IMG/VR virus record: IMGVR_UViG_3300033153_006744
Coordinates: 1-64,000 of that record
Strand: one strand, 5' to 3'
Origin: a virus
DNA length: 64,000 bases
Position numbers and translations under genes: made by a program. The notes beneath the pieces were generated by a model. That model was not told the DNA's origin. It made no database searches and saw only the letters and a program-made list of their open reading frames with translations. Within the stretch, counting starts at the first letter, position 1. Each line of letters starts with the position of its first letter. Positions 29,262-39,467 of the stretch are shown piece after piece.

Positions 29262-29902
29262 CCTGGAATACCTGCTATAAATGCCTTTAATTCTGTTATG
29301 ATTTTATCAATATCTGTTAAATCAGATAAATCTATAGTTCCACTTAATCCAAAATCACTTAAATCAATTCCAATTATATCTGCTAAATCATTTAAAGTTT
29401 GTATTATGTTATTTATAACTCCAAGATTATCTAAATAAAAATTCATAGTATCATCTGGAATTGATTTTAAACATTCTTGTTGCTCTTCATCTAAGTACTC
29501 TAGGCCTAAGTTATCTGTCTCTATATTCCATGTTACAAGGGTTTCTAAGTCATTTATTATTTGAGTTAACACAGCCTTTAATAATCCAACTACAGAAATA
29601 ATTAAATTTGGAATAGCAAAAACAGGGATAAAGCCAGAAAGTTTAGCTAAAGCTTTAGCAAACTCAATAACCGCATCTAAGAAGTCTACTGGATCTGTAA
29701 TGATTGAAGGAACAGCATCTAAAACGGCCTTTAGTTTAGCAAAAACATCTATAATTAAAAAAAGGGGTTTAAATGGCATTAAGATTGGTTCAACTAATTG
29801 CAAAACATTGGGAACAGATCCTTGTAACTTTACAGATAATCCAGCTGGCAACTGTAAATCATAGTCAATTTGTTGTGTGTTTATTTTATTGCAACTCATC
29901 AA
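29258..29902 (-). CDS. Hypothetical helical protein in the baseplate cluster
   Basis: Amphipathic and hydrophobic helices; lies between spike and gp25. Confidence 0.55.
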   Translation of the reverse strand: MMSCNKINTQQIDYDLQLPAGLSVKLQGSVPNVLQLVEPILMPFKPLFLIIDVFAKLKAVLDAVPSIITDPVDFLDAVIEFAKALAKLSGFIPVFAIPNLIISVVGLLKAVLTQIINDLETLVTWNIETDNLGLEYLDEEQQECLKSIPDDTMNFYLDNLGVINNIIQTLNDLADIIGIDLSDFGLSGTIDLSDLTDIDKIITELKAFIAGIPG

Positions 29903-30650
29903 CGCCTCGCATAATTTTAGTAAAATTAGCAGTCTTGCTTTTTTTAGCTAACCTCTTTATGAAACTATCCTCTTTTTCATCTTCACTCATAGTAACAGCA
30001 TCACAAAATACTTCTTCATTTTTTATCAAAGACCATTCTTCATAGAAGTCTGGAATCCTTGACAAAAAGTCTTCAAAAAAAAACAAACACAATGTAAACA
30101 GTCTTTCTTGTTTGTCATTTCTTTTGTCAAAAATTATATCTTCAATCCTTTGCATAAAAAATATAGACATCTTTTGATGTGAATCATAAAAATAATTTAT
30201 AAACTCTTTACCTAAAATATCCTCTCCTTTCAGCCTTGTTGTTTCTATGCTAGTTAAGGCACTATTTAATATAGTGTCTATTGCTTTTATGTCTGTATGG
30301 TTTTCTTTTCTTAGTAATCGTTGGCTAAAATTCATAAAATTGAATGCCTTTTGTCTTGCAAAATCCTTTAGCTTTTCATTTTCTAAATCATATTCATTTA
30401 GCATATTATTTAATCTATCTGCAAACTTTTTTTCAAATCTAATTAAAGCTTCTTCTTTGGCTTCAACCCTATTTATGTAATTAAATATTTTATTATGTTC
30501 TTTTTTATTGTCATCATTTAATGTTAAAATGTCTTTGTTTATTTTGTCTAAAGTTTTATTAATTTTTTTAAAAGGTCTAAGGTTCTTTAAAGCAATACTA
30601 ATTATAGTTACAACAATACTTATCACGCTTAATAAAATCTTATCTTTCAT
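29886..30650 (-). CDS. Membrane-anchored coiled-coil protein
   Basis: N-terminal TM ILLSVISIVVTIISIAL followed by a coiled coil. Confidence 0.55.
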   Translation of the reverse strand: MKDKILLSVISIVVTIISIALKNLRPFKKINKTLDKINKDILTLNDDNKKEHNKIFNYINRVEAKEEALIRFEKKFADRLNNMLNEYDLENEKLKDFARQKAFNFMNFSQRLLRKENHTDIKAIDTILNSALTSIETTRLKGEDILGKEFINYFYDSHQKMSIFFMQRIEDIIFDKRNDKQERLFTLCLFFFEDFLSRIPDFYEEWSLIKNEEVFCDAVTMSEDEKEDSFIKRLAKKSKTANFTKIMRGVDELQ

Positions 30651-30661
30651 TTTAATTCCTA

Positions 30662-31153
30662 TTATTCGATTGGTTTACCATTTGGAACAACGGGTCTGCC
30701 AGCTATTCTAACAACCGTTCCATCTATGTTTACAATGTCACCATCTAATTGCAATAGTTTTCCCTTGACGTTTATGACGCCATTAAGGTTAACTTCTATA
30801 ACTATATCACTATTTTTAACTAAAATACTAGTCTTTTCTTGTGTTTCTGTCTCATCTATTAAAATTTTAAAGTTTTTACTTTCTAATCCACCCTTTTTAT
30901 TGCTGCCATCTAAGATATATTTATCTTCAGAAACATTGATGCTTTGATAAACCGGTCTATTTATATCGCCCATTAAAAACTGAACAGCAACAGTATCATC
31001 TAACACTGGAATGTAGGCACTAGAACCAAGTGGCGTTGCAAGACCTGTAGGATTGGCAACATTAGGAATTGATATTTTAACTCTTCTTGATGTTGAATTC
31101 TCTTCTATTTCAACAATCTTTCCAAAAAATAAACCATGATGTATTCTTTCCAT
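30662..31153 (-). CDS. Baseplate spike (gpV / gp5 OB-fold)
   Basis: RVKISIP...IPVLDDTVAVQFLMGDINRPVY. Confidence 0.85.
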   Translation of the reverse strand: MERIHHGLFFGKIVEIEENSTSRRVKISIPNVANPTGLATPLGSSAYIPVLDDTVAVQFLMGDINRPVYQSINVSEDKYILDGSNKKGGLESKNFKILIDETETQEKTSILVKNSDIVIEVNLNGVINVKGKLLQLDGDIVNIDGTVVRIAGRPVVPNGKPIE

Positions 31154-32364
31154 TACAAAGTCCTTAATTTAGTTTTCCATTTACCTTCTTCAGTGTCAAA
31201 ATAATTGATAATTTCAGTTTCCTTTTTCTTTTTAGTTGGTTGCTCACCTAACTTTCCATATTTCTTTTCATAATCAGGCGGCAACGCAGGTGTTTGATCT
31301 GTAAAAGTTTGAACATAACCATCGGTTTTTTTAGAAACTTTTTTTCTCTTAACCCTTTTTGGTGCTTGCTTTTGTAGTGTTATTTCAGTTAAATAAGCTC
31401 CACTAATAACATGTTTAGCGTTTGTTAACTTATATAGCCCACTTAAAAAATCACCTATACCCCATATTCCCATATCTAAATTTCCAATAAGTGAGGCATT
31501 GCCTTTGACCGTGTATTTTAATTTTAAATTATTCATTGCACTGTCAATATACTTTGTTTCCATTAAATTTAAAGCTTCTTGTTCATTGTTAGCTGTTATA
31601 TAGTCGGTATTTTCTTCAAACGTCTCACCACCCACTCCTTCGGCTCCATAAGTATATTGCTTTTCATTTGTAATAGTTTCTCCAACATCTTGAGGTACTT
31701 CTAGTTGATAGGTTTTATGATTTTTCATTAGATTAAATTCTAATCCTGTTTGCTTAAGTAGTTGATAATCTAAATCTTTGCTACCCTTAATGAAATCAAT
31801 TCTCCTGGCTTTCAGTTCTTGTCTATCTACAAAATGAAACCCTGCTGCATCTATCCAAAATTTACATCTTGTTTTTCTAGCTAATTGTTTTAAAAATATA
31901 GCATCAGTTGTATTTTGCACAATGCTTGTATATTCTATGTCTCTAGTCACATTAACATCTAAGTTTTGAAATGAATTTGCATAAGAAGTATCATACCCAT
32001 GCTTTACTGCAATTGTCTCAACAATACCTTGCACTAATATATTTTCCCACGTTTCAAAAACTTTTTCCTTATTTAATAGATATGATTTTTCCGTAAACGT
32101 TAAAGTTAAGTTTTCACCCTGCTTGGCGTTTATTAAAATTAACCTTAATTCGTTACTTATAAAATCTTTTGTACCAAATTGTATTATATATTCAGTTTCC
32201 TTGTCAAACATTTCAGGGAACTCTAATAAAACATTATTGTAATTATGTAGAACTAAAGTTGCCTTGTTTGCTTTTTTTGCATCAAATTCAAACGTAAATG
32301 ATTTAACATATTTATTTAAACCCAAACCAGCGTTATCTTTTATTTGAACTTTAACGAAAGGCAT
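31153..32364 (-). CDS. Baseplate hub (gpD / late control D-like)
   Basis: IAVKHGY, QNTTDAIFLKQLARK, GIGDFLSGLYKLTNAKHVI. Confidence 0.8.
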   Translation of the reverse strand: MPFVKVQIKDNAGLGLNKYVKSFTFEFDAKKANKATLVLHNYNNVLLEFPEMFDKETEYIIQFGTKDFISNELRLILINAKQGENLTLTFTEKSYLLNKEKVFETWENILVQGIVETIAVKHGYDTSYANSFQNLDVNVTRDIEYTSIVQNTTDAIFLKQLARKTRCKFWIDAAGFHFVDRQELKARRIDFIKGSKDLDYQLLKQTGLEFNLMKNHKTYQLEVPQDVGETITNEKQYTYGAEGVGGETFEENTDYITANNEQEALNLMETKYIDSAMNNLKLKYTVKGNASLIGNLDMGIWGIGDFLSGLYKLTNAKHVISGAYLTEITLQKQAPKRVKRKKVSKKTDGYVQTFTDQTPALPPDYEKKYGKLGEQPTKKKKETEIINYFDTEEGKWKTKLRTL

Positions 32365-32702
32365 TACACAACTCCAAACAAATCGTTGTATCTATCTAAA
32401 GTTTTTATTTTTTCCACATTAGGCAAACTCAAAACTTGCCCTGGCTTTAATGGCACAAAAGGATCTATTATATTATTTAACTCAGCAACGGCCCACCACA
32501 ATTGATTAGCGTTGAATTCTTCAGTGTAATATATATATCCTGTTATTCTAAATATGTTATTGTTTGTTCTAACTGTATATTTTAAATAATCTTCTGTCGT
32601 ATAGTTTGTTTCATTTATAAAGTTAAAATATTCGTTATTATCTGAATCAATATTTATGTCTCTATATCTGTACCTAGACCAATCATTTATATATAATTCC
32701 AT
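32364..32702 (-). CDS. Tail X / LysM-like baseplate protein
   Basis: LWWAVAELNNIIDPFVPLKPGQVLSLP. Confidence 0.8.
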   Translation of the reverse strand: MELYINDWSRYRYRDINIDSDNNEYFNFINETNYTTEDYLKYTVRTNNNIFRITGYIYYTEEFNANQLWWAVAELNNIIDPFVPLKPGQVLSLPNVEKIKTLDRYNDLFGVV

Positions 32703-32710
32703 ATTTACCT

Positions 32711-33223
32711 CTATAAAACGGGAGAATTAAATCCATATTTCCTAACTCGTTCATAAGTTCTTATTTTTTCTGGCGTTATCTCTTCAAATGTAACATTTAT
32801 AAAAGCAAAAGTAGCCAGCCCAGTTTCATCAAATTTTTCCATTGTTGAAGAAACATTTGTTATATAATATTCTCCAGCTATCATTTCTGGCCATATTAAC
32901 AAATGAGGAGTTAAGCTAATGTTATTATAAACGTTTTCCTCGGGTGCGTATGTTGCAGCATAAAAAAAGTTAAGCCAGTTTTTCATTTCCCTAACATCGT
33001 TTTGATTAACAGATCTTAGATATGCTCTTGATATAAAGAACTGTAACGTAAAAGGCTTTGTTTCTGTATGCTTGTAATTTAATATAACATTAGAGCTTGC
33101 AAGGCTATTGTTCTTTTCTAAGGCGGCCTGACTATTTAGCTCTAACATGCTAGGGTTCATTAAGGCTATCCTAGATTCATCTGTGTAAGTGTTTCTTATT
33201 TTAACTTTATATGTTTCTGCCAT
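32711..33223 (-). CDS. Tail tube initiator-like protein
   Basis: NPSML...PHLLIWP...ITNVSSTMEKFDETG...INVTFEE; follows the tape measure gene. Confidence 0.7.
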   Translation of the reverse strand: MAETYKVKIRNTYTDESRIALMNPSMLELNSQAALEKNNSLASSNVILNYKHTETKPFTLQFFISRAYLRSVNQNDVREMKNWLNFFYAATYAPEENVYNNISLTPHLLIWPEMIAGEYYITNVSSTMEKFDETGLATFAFINVTFEEITPEKIRTYERVRKYGFNSPVL

Positions 33224-35889
33224 TAAAAAGCCCCTGTTTCAACAAAATTTCTTCTATTAGATTCTTCAGCCCCTATGGAAACACCCTCTGCCATAGCTTC
33301 TAAGTTTCCTTCTAACACTACTTTTATATCTTTTTGCTGTGATAAAGCTGCGAATATTTTTGACAACAAGACAGTTTGCCTCTCTGCAGTTTGTTGCTTT
33401 TGCTTTTCTTGTCCAGCTCCAGTGATTGGTGCTACAGCAAGAGCATCAGTTTTATCCATAGCCGAAATAATTGAATCTGGTTGCCCATCTTCTAATGCTG
33501 ACTTATATAGCATTCCCTTAAAGTCTTCTCTCGCTTTTTCTAAAGCTCCATCATCACTAGGTTTAAACTCAAAATCAGGCATTACTCTTTCGCTTGGCTT
33601 TAGCGTTGACTCTATATGACTAATTGTCTCAATTTTAAGGGCATCTATACCTAATTTATCTGCTATTGTATTAGCTTTTCTAATTAAGAAATTTATACCA
33701 TCAACTATTTTATTGATAATTCCTGAAAATATTAAACCAACTCCATAGGCAACGTCTTCAAAAAGAGCCATAAATGCTTGCTTTATCACATTTCCAATCC
33801 ATTTTATTCTTTGCCATATATAATCAAATGTTCTAACTAAAGCTCCCCCGAGAAAAACCATAGTAATGCCAATCACTTCTTTAAAGTTTTCAATAGTATA
33901 TCTTAAAAACCTGAAAATACCAGCAACTCCTTTTGCTACAAATCCAAGTCCCTTAATTATCCAGCCAAAGTATAGGCCTACAGAAAAATATATAAACTCA
34001 AAGAATATACTAAAATGATTTTTTAGAAAATTAACTCCCTTAAGTATGCCATCAAAAATAAATCCAACTACATTACCGAGCCATTGAAACACAGTTGAAT
34101 TAACTATAAGATCAAAAACATCTCCTATCAACCCAAACATTTCACTAAAGGCGTCACCAATATTTTTAGCACCATCTAAAAATCCTGATTGTTCTAATGC
34201 TCCAGCCATAGCCTTAAACATTCTTTTATAGAAATTAAATACAGACATAAATCCTTGCTTTATTTTCTTAACAACAACTATAACTACATCAAGAACCTTT
34301 CCAAGAAAATCAATGGTTGCAATAACAGCTTTTTTCATAAAAGCAAAAGCTCTAACTATTCCAACATAGAAAGCTAATATAGTATTAAATGTTTTTGGAT
34401 CAAACATTTGCTTAAATTCATTCATTGTACTTTGTCTAATTCCACCAAATCTTATAGTTTCATATAGCATTCTAAACAACGCAATAACGGGTTGCAGTTT
34501 ATTTTGCAATATTTCCAAAGCATTCGATAAGCCACCAGCATTGTGTACAAATATAGCAAAAGCAATGCCTATTCCAGCTACAATTAAACCTAATGGGCTA
34601 AACAACAACCCTATTTTAGTCAAAGGACTTATAAGTAAGAACATTGAGCCTTTTAATGCTCCAAGTAATCCAGATATAAGCATCAAAGATCCTGACAAAA
34701 TGCTAAGTCCGCCAAACATAGAGCTTATAATTAATATAGCTTTTTTTTGTGTATCACTTAAATTTTGAAAAGAACTTATTAAAGATTTTGCTCTTTCTGT
34801 TATTTTTATTATTGTTGGCAGTAATAATTTACCCAACCCTATAAGCAAGTCATTAAAGTTAGCTTTTAATATTTTTGTTTGTGCTGACATTGTTTTAGCC
34901 ATTGTTTTATATGCTGCATTCGTTGCCCCAGCTTTTTCACCCATAGCCTCTAAAACACCATTAGCTGTTTTTCCATCATTTTTAATTAAAGCTAATACAG
35001 CATTTAAGCCTCTTGCACTAAAAGCTTGCTGAAACTCTCTTTCAGGCATAACTTTTTTTAAATTTATCAAATAAGGAACCAATCCACCAGCTTGCAATAT
35101 TCCTTTTTTACCCATCTCCATTCCAGACTTTCTTAAAGCCTTTGTCATGGCTGTAGAGGGTTTTATTAAGTTTTGCATTGCAGCATTTAAACCAGAAACC
35201 ATCATGTTTGTCTGTAATCCTGACTTTGTACCTGTTGCTATAGATGCCAATAACTCATTATAACCTATTCCTAGGTTTTTAGCTGTAGATGCAACCCTAC
35301 CAACGTCATGTGACAATTCACTAATAGTTGTTTTACCCTCACGCATTGCAACGAAAAAAGCATCAGAAACATTAGTTGATTCTTCTACACTTAAGTCATA
35401 AGCATTTAAAACAGACGTCATGCCATCTACAGCAGTTGCAACATCTGTTACTCCACCAATAGCCATTTTATTAGCTTGAGTCATTAAGACCATTGCATTC
35501 GAAGCATCAACGGCGCCAGATGAAATTGCATCATAAAAACCTTTTGTAACGTTGGTCATGTCTCCGCCGTAAGTTGTTGCTAAAGCCCTTACTTCTGTTC
35601 CCAGATTTGATGTTGCAATCTGTTCAGCATTTAACAGTGTGTTTATTTCAGCTAATCCTTTTTCGTACGTAGAAAATGCACTTATACTTTTTTTAATACC
35701 CTGCATTTGAGCTAATCCAGCCGAAATTTGAGATATTCCCATTCCAACTTTCATGAAACTATTTTGTATGTTTTGCATATTTTGAACGGATTTCACCTTC
35801 AGACTGGCAATACTTCTGTTAACTCTGTTTGCCACATTAGAAACATTATCTCGACCTTCAAAACTAAACCCTAATCCATATTTTAGCAT
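33223..35889 (-). CDS. Tail tape measure protein (TP901-type core)
   Basis: FYDAISSG, GKTTISELS and AYKTMAKT core, then hydrophobic helical repeats; likely start MLKYGLG. Confidence 0.92.
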   Translation of the reverse strand: MLKYGLGFSFEGRDNVSNVANRVNRSIASLKVKSVQNMQNIQNSFMKVGMGISQISAGLAQMQGIKKSISAFSTYEKGLAEINTLLNAEQIATSNLGTEVRALATTYGGDMTNVTKGFYDAISSGAVDASNAMVLMTQANKMAIGGVTDVATAVDGMTSVLNAYDLSVEESTNVSDAFFVAMREGKTTISELSHDVGRVASTAKNLGIGYNELLASIATGTKSGLQTNMMVSGLNAAMQNLIKPSTAMTKALRKSGMEMGKKGILQAGGLVPYLINLKKVMPEREFQQAFSARGLNAVLALIKNDGKTANGVLEAMGEKAGATNAAYKTMAKTMSAQTKILKANFNDLLIGLGKLLLPTIIKITERAKSLISSFQNLSDTQKKAILIISSMFGGLSILSGSLMLISGLLGALKGSMFLLISPLTKIGLLFSPLGLIVAGIGIAFAIFVHNAGGLSNALEILQNKLQPVIALFRMLYETIRFGGIRQSTMNEFKQMFDPKTFNTILAFYVGIVRAFAFMKKAVIATIDFLGKVLDVVIVVVKKIKQGFMSVFNFYKRMFKAMAGALEQSGFLDGAKNIGDAFSEMFGLIGDVFDLIVNSTVFQWLGNVVGFIFDGILKGVNFLKNHFSIFFEFIYFSVGLYFGWIIKGLGFVAKGVAGIFRFLRYTIENFKEVIGITMVFLGGALVRTFDYIWQRIKWIGNVIKQAFMALFEDVAYGVGLIFSGIINKIVDGINFLIRKANTIADKLGIDALKIETISHIESTLKPSERVMPDFEFKPSDDGALEKAREDFKGMLYKSALEDGQPDSIISAMDKTDALAVAPITGAGQEKQKQQTAERQTVLLSKIFAALSQQKDIKVVLEGNLEAMAEGVSIGAEESNRRNFVETGAF

Positions 35890-35920
35890 AACAAACCCCT
35901 TTGTTTTACTACCCTTTTTT

Positions 35921-35949
35921 ATTATGCCATAGAGAATAGCAAAAAGCAA
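35921..35949 (-). promoter_or_regulatory. Putative promoter for the tape measure gene
   Basis: TTGCTT, 17 bp, CATAAT; shares TGGCATAAT with 48720-48748. Confidence 0.5.
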
Positions 35950-35993
35950 GTGTTATATATGTTTTATGATTTTAGATGATTGAAAATTAAATT

Positions 35994-37235
35994 CTATCTG
36001 TTTTCATCTTTGTCGCCCATAGCATTTTGAATATAAGTGAAGCCTAAGTTAAATAAAATAGCCTCTCCAGTATAAGTATCTGAAGCGTGAGCTACATCTC
36101 TTGTAATTCTAGCCATTGTTATTGTGTTAGGAAATTGCTCTGTAGAGCCATCAATATCGGTTAATTTAGTGTAAAGCAATGTTTTTGCATCATCCTCAAC
36201 TGCACTTAAAGCGGTTGACACCTCATAACCTGTTGTTGCAGTTGTTGTTGTATAAGCCTCGCCAATTGCTACCTTTAAGAACTCAACTTTCCATACAACA
36301 TCTCCAGCGCTTGCAGTAGCTTTAGCCCAGAATGCAGTTGGTTCATAGTCTGTTTCAGGTTTCATCCCTCTTAATGCATGAACAGGGAAATAAAGAGATT
36401 TTTTATTCGTAGCATCAAAAACAGGGGCAAAAACACCATCATCGCCTGTTAGGTCGCCACCAACTAAACCAGTAGTTAACCCTGGTGTTCCAGTTAAAGC
36501 CATATCTTCACCAAACCCTAAAGTGCAGTTGTTAAGAACGCTTACGCCAGGTGTTCCGTCATCAAAATTAAATTGAGCTGTAACTTCTGTTGCTTCAGTT
36601 ACACCACTAGGAAGATCTTCTGTTCCTATTCCATCATTCCATCTTTCTGTAATTTGAGCTTGAGTTAATGCGATATTATATAAAACTATTTCATCAACTT
36701 CGCCATCAAGAAATTCTGATGTATTTAAGTCTTGCCCAACAATAACATTGCTTGAGTTTGCTCCAATATTTCCAACAACTATTGTTTGTCCCGCCAACAC
36801 GCTATTGACATAAAGATTGACCACAGAATTAGCACCAATGTTAGAAATTGATACAGCAACATAGTTTCTAGCACCAACTTTAATTGAAATTGAAGAAGTT
36901 AATATTGCTCCAGATAAAACTTGAACTCTAGGGAATCCATTTAATACAGTTAAGTCAAAATAAGTTTCCCTGTGTATTAGTGGCCCTGTGTTCTTGTTAG
37001 GTCTTCCCCATATTTCAATTGAATATGTATTTGTTCCATCTAAATTTGCGTAATCTGCAACAGCTCCATATTGAGATGTTCCGTTTAAAGTCACAGCATG
37101 GTCAGCTGGCCCAGTTTCTCCATCATAAGCAATTTGTTTCCAAATAGGAGCTTGCCCACCCATTTCTTTCATTTCACATGTGTTGATAATAACTTCTTTT
37201 AAAAAGTCATTATTTGAGTTTACGTTTAAAGTCAT
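35994..37235 (-). CDS. LamG/ConA-like domain virion protein
   Basis: YSIEIW...NLYVNS...FLDGEVDEIVLYNIALTQAQI. Confidence 0.75.
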   Translation of the reverse strand: MTLNVNSNNDFLKEVIINTCEMKEMGGQAPIWKQIAYDGETGPADHAVTLNGTSQYGAVADYANLDGTNTYSIEIWGRPNKNTGPLIHRETYFDLTVLNGFPRVQVLSGAILTSSISIKVGARNYVAVSISNIGANSVVNLYVNSVLAGQTIVVGNIGANSSNVIVGQDLNTSEFLDGEVDEIVLYNIALTQAQITERWNDGIGTEDLPSGVTEATEVTAQFNFDDGTPGVSVLNNCTLGFGEDMALTGTPGLTTGLVGGDLTGDDGVFAPVFDATNKKSLYFPVHALRGMKPETDYEPTAFWAKATASAGDVVWKVEFLKVAIGEAYTTTTATTGYEVSTALSAVEDDAKTLLYTKLTDIDGSTEQFPNTITMARITRDVAHASDTYTGEAILFNLGFTYIQNAMGDKDENR

Positions 37236-37266
37236 TCTTTCCTCCTAAATTATTGTTTAATAAATG

Positions 37267-37989
37267 TTATGCTATTCTTAGCACTTCCACTGTTGCATAT
37301 GTTTCGGCACTCCCGTCATCTACACTTTGACCCATCCCATATCCAACTTGAGCTTGTGAAACATAATGGTCTAATTTAAATGTTTTTGATGCTGTTATTG
37401 CGAATATTGGAGTTATTAATGCGGCACGAGCTGAAATTGTGTTTCCCCCATCTTCAGACTCACCAAAATATTCAATAGTATCGGTTACATTAGTCAGCCT
37501 TAATTTGTTTTTTCTGGCGTTGCACACAATTCCTCCCACCTTAATCATATAGGTGCCAGCTGGTAACGCAAACTGATTGGTTGCAATTGTTACACCTCCA
37601 ATATCATCTGTTTCTATGGTGCTTAATTTTCTAACATTCCACCCTATGCTTGAGTTTCCTCCGTCAACTGCAGTGTTTTGCTTTTCTTTTATTATAGCCC
37701 TTTTTGCTGTTTCAATCCGCCACTCTGTTCCGTTATGGCAGTAAACGGCTTTCACGTCTAAATCATAAACGCTCGCCCCAGCAGTCATGCCAGTTAGAGC
37801 ATTTCTTTGTGCTGTGGTAACCCGGGTATCTGGGTATGAATAACTTGCTGCATCTATTGTATCTGGCGTTGCATCAATTAAGCCATCTGGAGTTTCCGTT
37901 TGTATCCCTATATTGCCATCTGCATAGTTTATATTATCTCCAATTTTCTGAAAATAACCTGTATTTCTTACTGCTGTTCCTTTTGCCAT
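37267..37989 (-). CDS. Fibre or adhesin-like virion protein
   Basis: GNIGIQTETP, TTAQRNAL and a C-terminal beta domain (FALPAGTYMIKV). Confidence 0.6.
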   Translation of the reverse strand: MAKGTAVRNTGYFQKIGDNINYADGNIGIQTETPDGLIDATPDTIDAASYSYPDTRVTTAQRNALTGMTAGASVYDLDVKAVYCHNGTEWRIETAKRAIIKEKQNTAVDGGNSSIGWNVRKLSTIETDDIGGVTIATNQFALPAGTYMIKVGGIVCNARKNKLRLTNVTDTIEYFGESEDGGNTISARAALITPIFAITASKTFKLDHYVSQAQVGYGMGQSVDDGSAETYATVEVLRIA

Positions 37990-38015
37990 AATTCCTCCTG
38001 TTTTAAATCATTTAA

Positions 38016-38900
38016 TTATTGCCATGTTTTATTAACTGGTTGAAACACAATCTCTTTAGTTTCTAAGTCTACGCCAATCTTGATTATACAAGCTTGATCT
38101 TGAGGAAACGTAGCAACAGGGGCAGTTATTGTCATTGCAGCTAAATTGAGATTAAGATTTTCTACACTTCCAGACATTACATAAGGATTTTCTTGTGTAA
38201 CGCTACACCCAGTATCACCAATACTAAAGCCAACATTATTACCTTTCCAAATCGTTAAGGTTTTCCATCCTGTTCCAGTTATTTGTATAGAAACTGGCTG
38301 AGCTGTTGGAGTTGATTGATATGGAATAGCCTGAATTATCGCTGCATCAATTAATCCTGTACTTCCTGAATGTGTATGATCAGTGTCTGATTTTCCGTTT
38401 AATGCCGTTTGAGTTGGATTTGATACTTCTTTGTTTGCATCGCTTGTGTTATTGACGCTTCCAAGGCCAACCTGAGATTTTGTCACATTATGAGGATCGC
38501 TTGTCGCTGATATATGACTTTGTATGTTAGTGTTTTTTGCCTCATAATTTGCGTTGTGATTATGAGATGCACTTGATTTATTATCTAAAACTGATTGTAA
38601 CCCTGAAATGTTTGAAACAGTTAAGTTATCAAGATCGCTTTTGTTTTGCTTGATAAAGTTGACAACTTCCTGTAAGTCATCTAGCGTCGTATCGCTTGAA
38701 GTTAGCAATGTGTTAATGTTGTTAATAGAAGTTATTAGCTCGCTGTGTTCATGAATTAATGGTGCTCTTGCATCGCTTAACCTTGCATCATCGCTATCAA
38801 CTTTTGTTATTTCAATTTTTTTGACACGAGAAATAAACCCCGCTATTTTTGCCAGCAAAGAATTTACTCTTGTATCAACATATTTTTTATTTATAAACAT
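38016..38900 (-). CDS. Tail fibre-like protein
   Basis: DARLSDAR, TLDDLQEVV, HNH/HTH motifs and the NVTKSQVGLGSVNNTSD fibre repeat. Confidence 0.7.
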   Translation of the reverse strand: MFINKKYVDTRVNSLLAKIAGFISRVKKIEITKVDSDDARLSDARAPLIHEHSELITSINNINTLLTSSDTTLDDLQEVVNFIKQNKSDLDNLTVSNISGLQSVLDNKSSASHNHNANYEAKNTNIQSHISATSDPHNVTKSQVGLGSVNNTSDANKEVSNPTQTALNGKSDTDHTHSGSTGLIDAAIIQAIPYQSTPTAQPVSIQITGTGWKTLTIWKGNNVGFSIGDTGCSVTQENPYVMSGSVENLNLNLAAMTITAPVATFPQDQACIIKIGVDLETKEIVFQPVNKTWQ

Positions 38901-38909
38901 CTTGTCTCC

Positions 38910-39458
38910 TTATCTACCTGAGTCTAATACTTCAACAGTTATAGTGTGTTCTGCATTTGCTGTTGCAACGTCCTGATCATCCAATATTATGTCAATAGTC
39001 CCATCTTGTGGAGCAATTGGGGGGCCGACTAAATTTGTTGGCTCAAATTCTAATCCAGCTAATTCAACATTAAGTTCAGCTATAGTTCCAGTGAATCTAA
39101 TGCCACCACTAATTTCTTCATATGTTGCTCCAGATGTAAGTGGAAAACCAAGTGTTCCACTGGTTGCTGTTACATCCATTATTAAAGACAAAGAATCTTC
39201 ATCGGCAACAGAAACCCCCTCTATTTCTTGCGAAATTGATTGGTTAGAAAAGTTTAATGCAACCATTTCAGGTGCAAAAATAACAGGCTCATCTCCTACT
39301 TCAGGAGGTTGTGCAGATGTTTCATTTCCACCAATAGAACCTTTTGTAACCCATCCAACGCCTTCTATGTCTTTTTGTATTTCTAAATCATCTCCATTCT
39401 CATTCCATTGCCATGTATCGCATGTAGAAATTGCAACTTTACGTTTTGAATAACTCAT
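38910..39458 (-). CDS. Acidic Ig/cadherin-like virion protein
   Basis: GVSVADED...FTGTIAELNVELAGLEFEP. Confidence 0.55.
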   Translation of the reverse strand: MSYSKRKVAISTCDTWQWNENGDDLEIQKDIEGVGWVTKGSIGGNETSAQPPEVGDEPVIFAPEMVALNFSNQSISQEIEGVSVADEDSLSLIMDVTATSGTLGFPLTSGATYEEISGGIRFTGTIAELNVELAGLEFEPTNLVGPPIAPQDGTIDIILDDQDVATANAEHTITVEVLDSGR

Positions 39459-39467
39459 ATTAATCTC

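Noticed and set aside
35890-35949. N-terminal extension of the tape measure ORF (similarly 21004-21039 and 49820-49873)
   Set aside because: The upstream starts fall in promoter-like sequence or the preceding gene; downstream ATGs fit better
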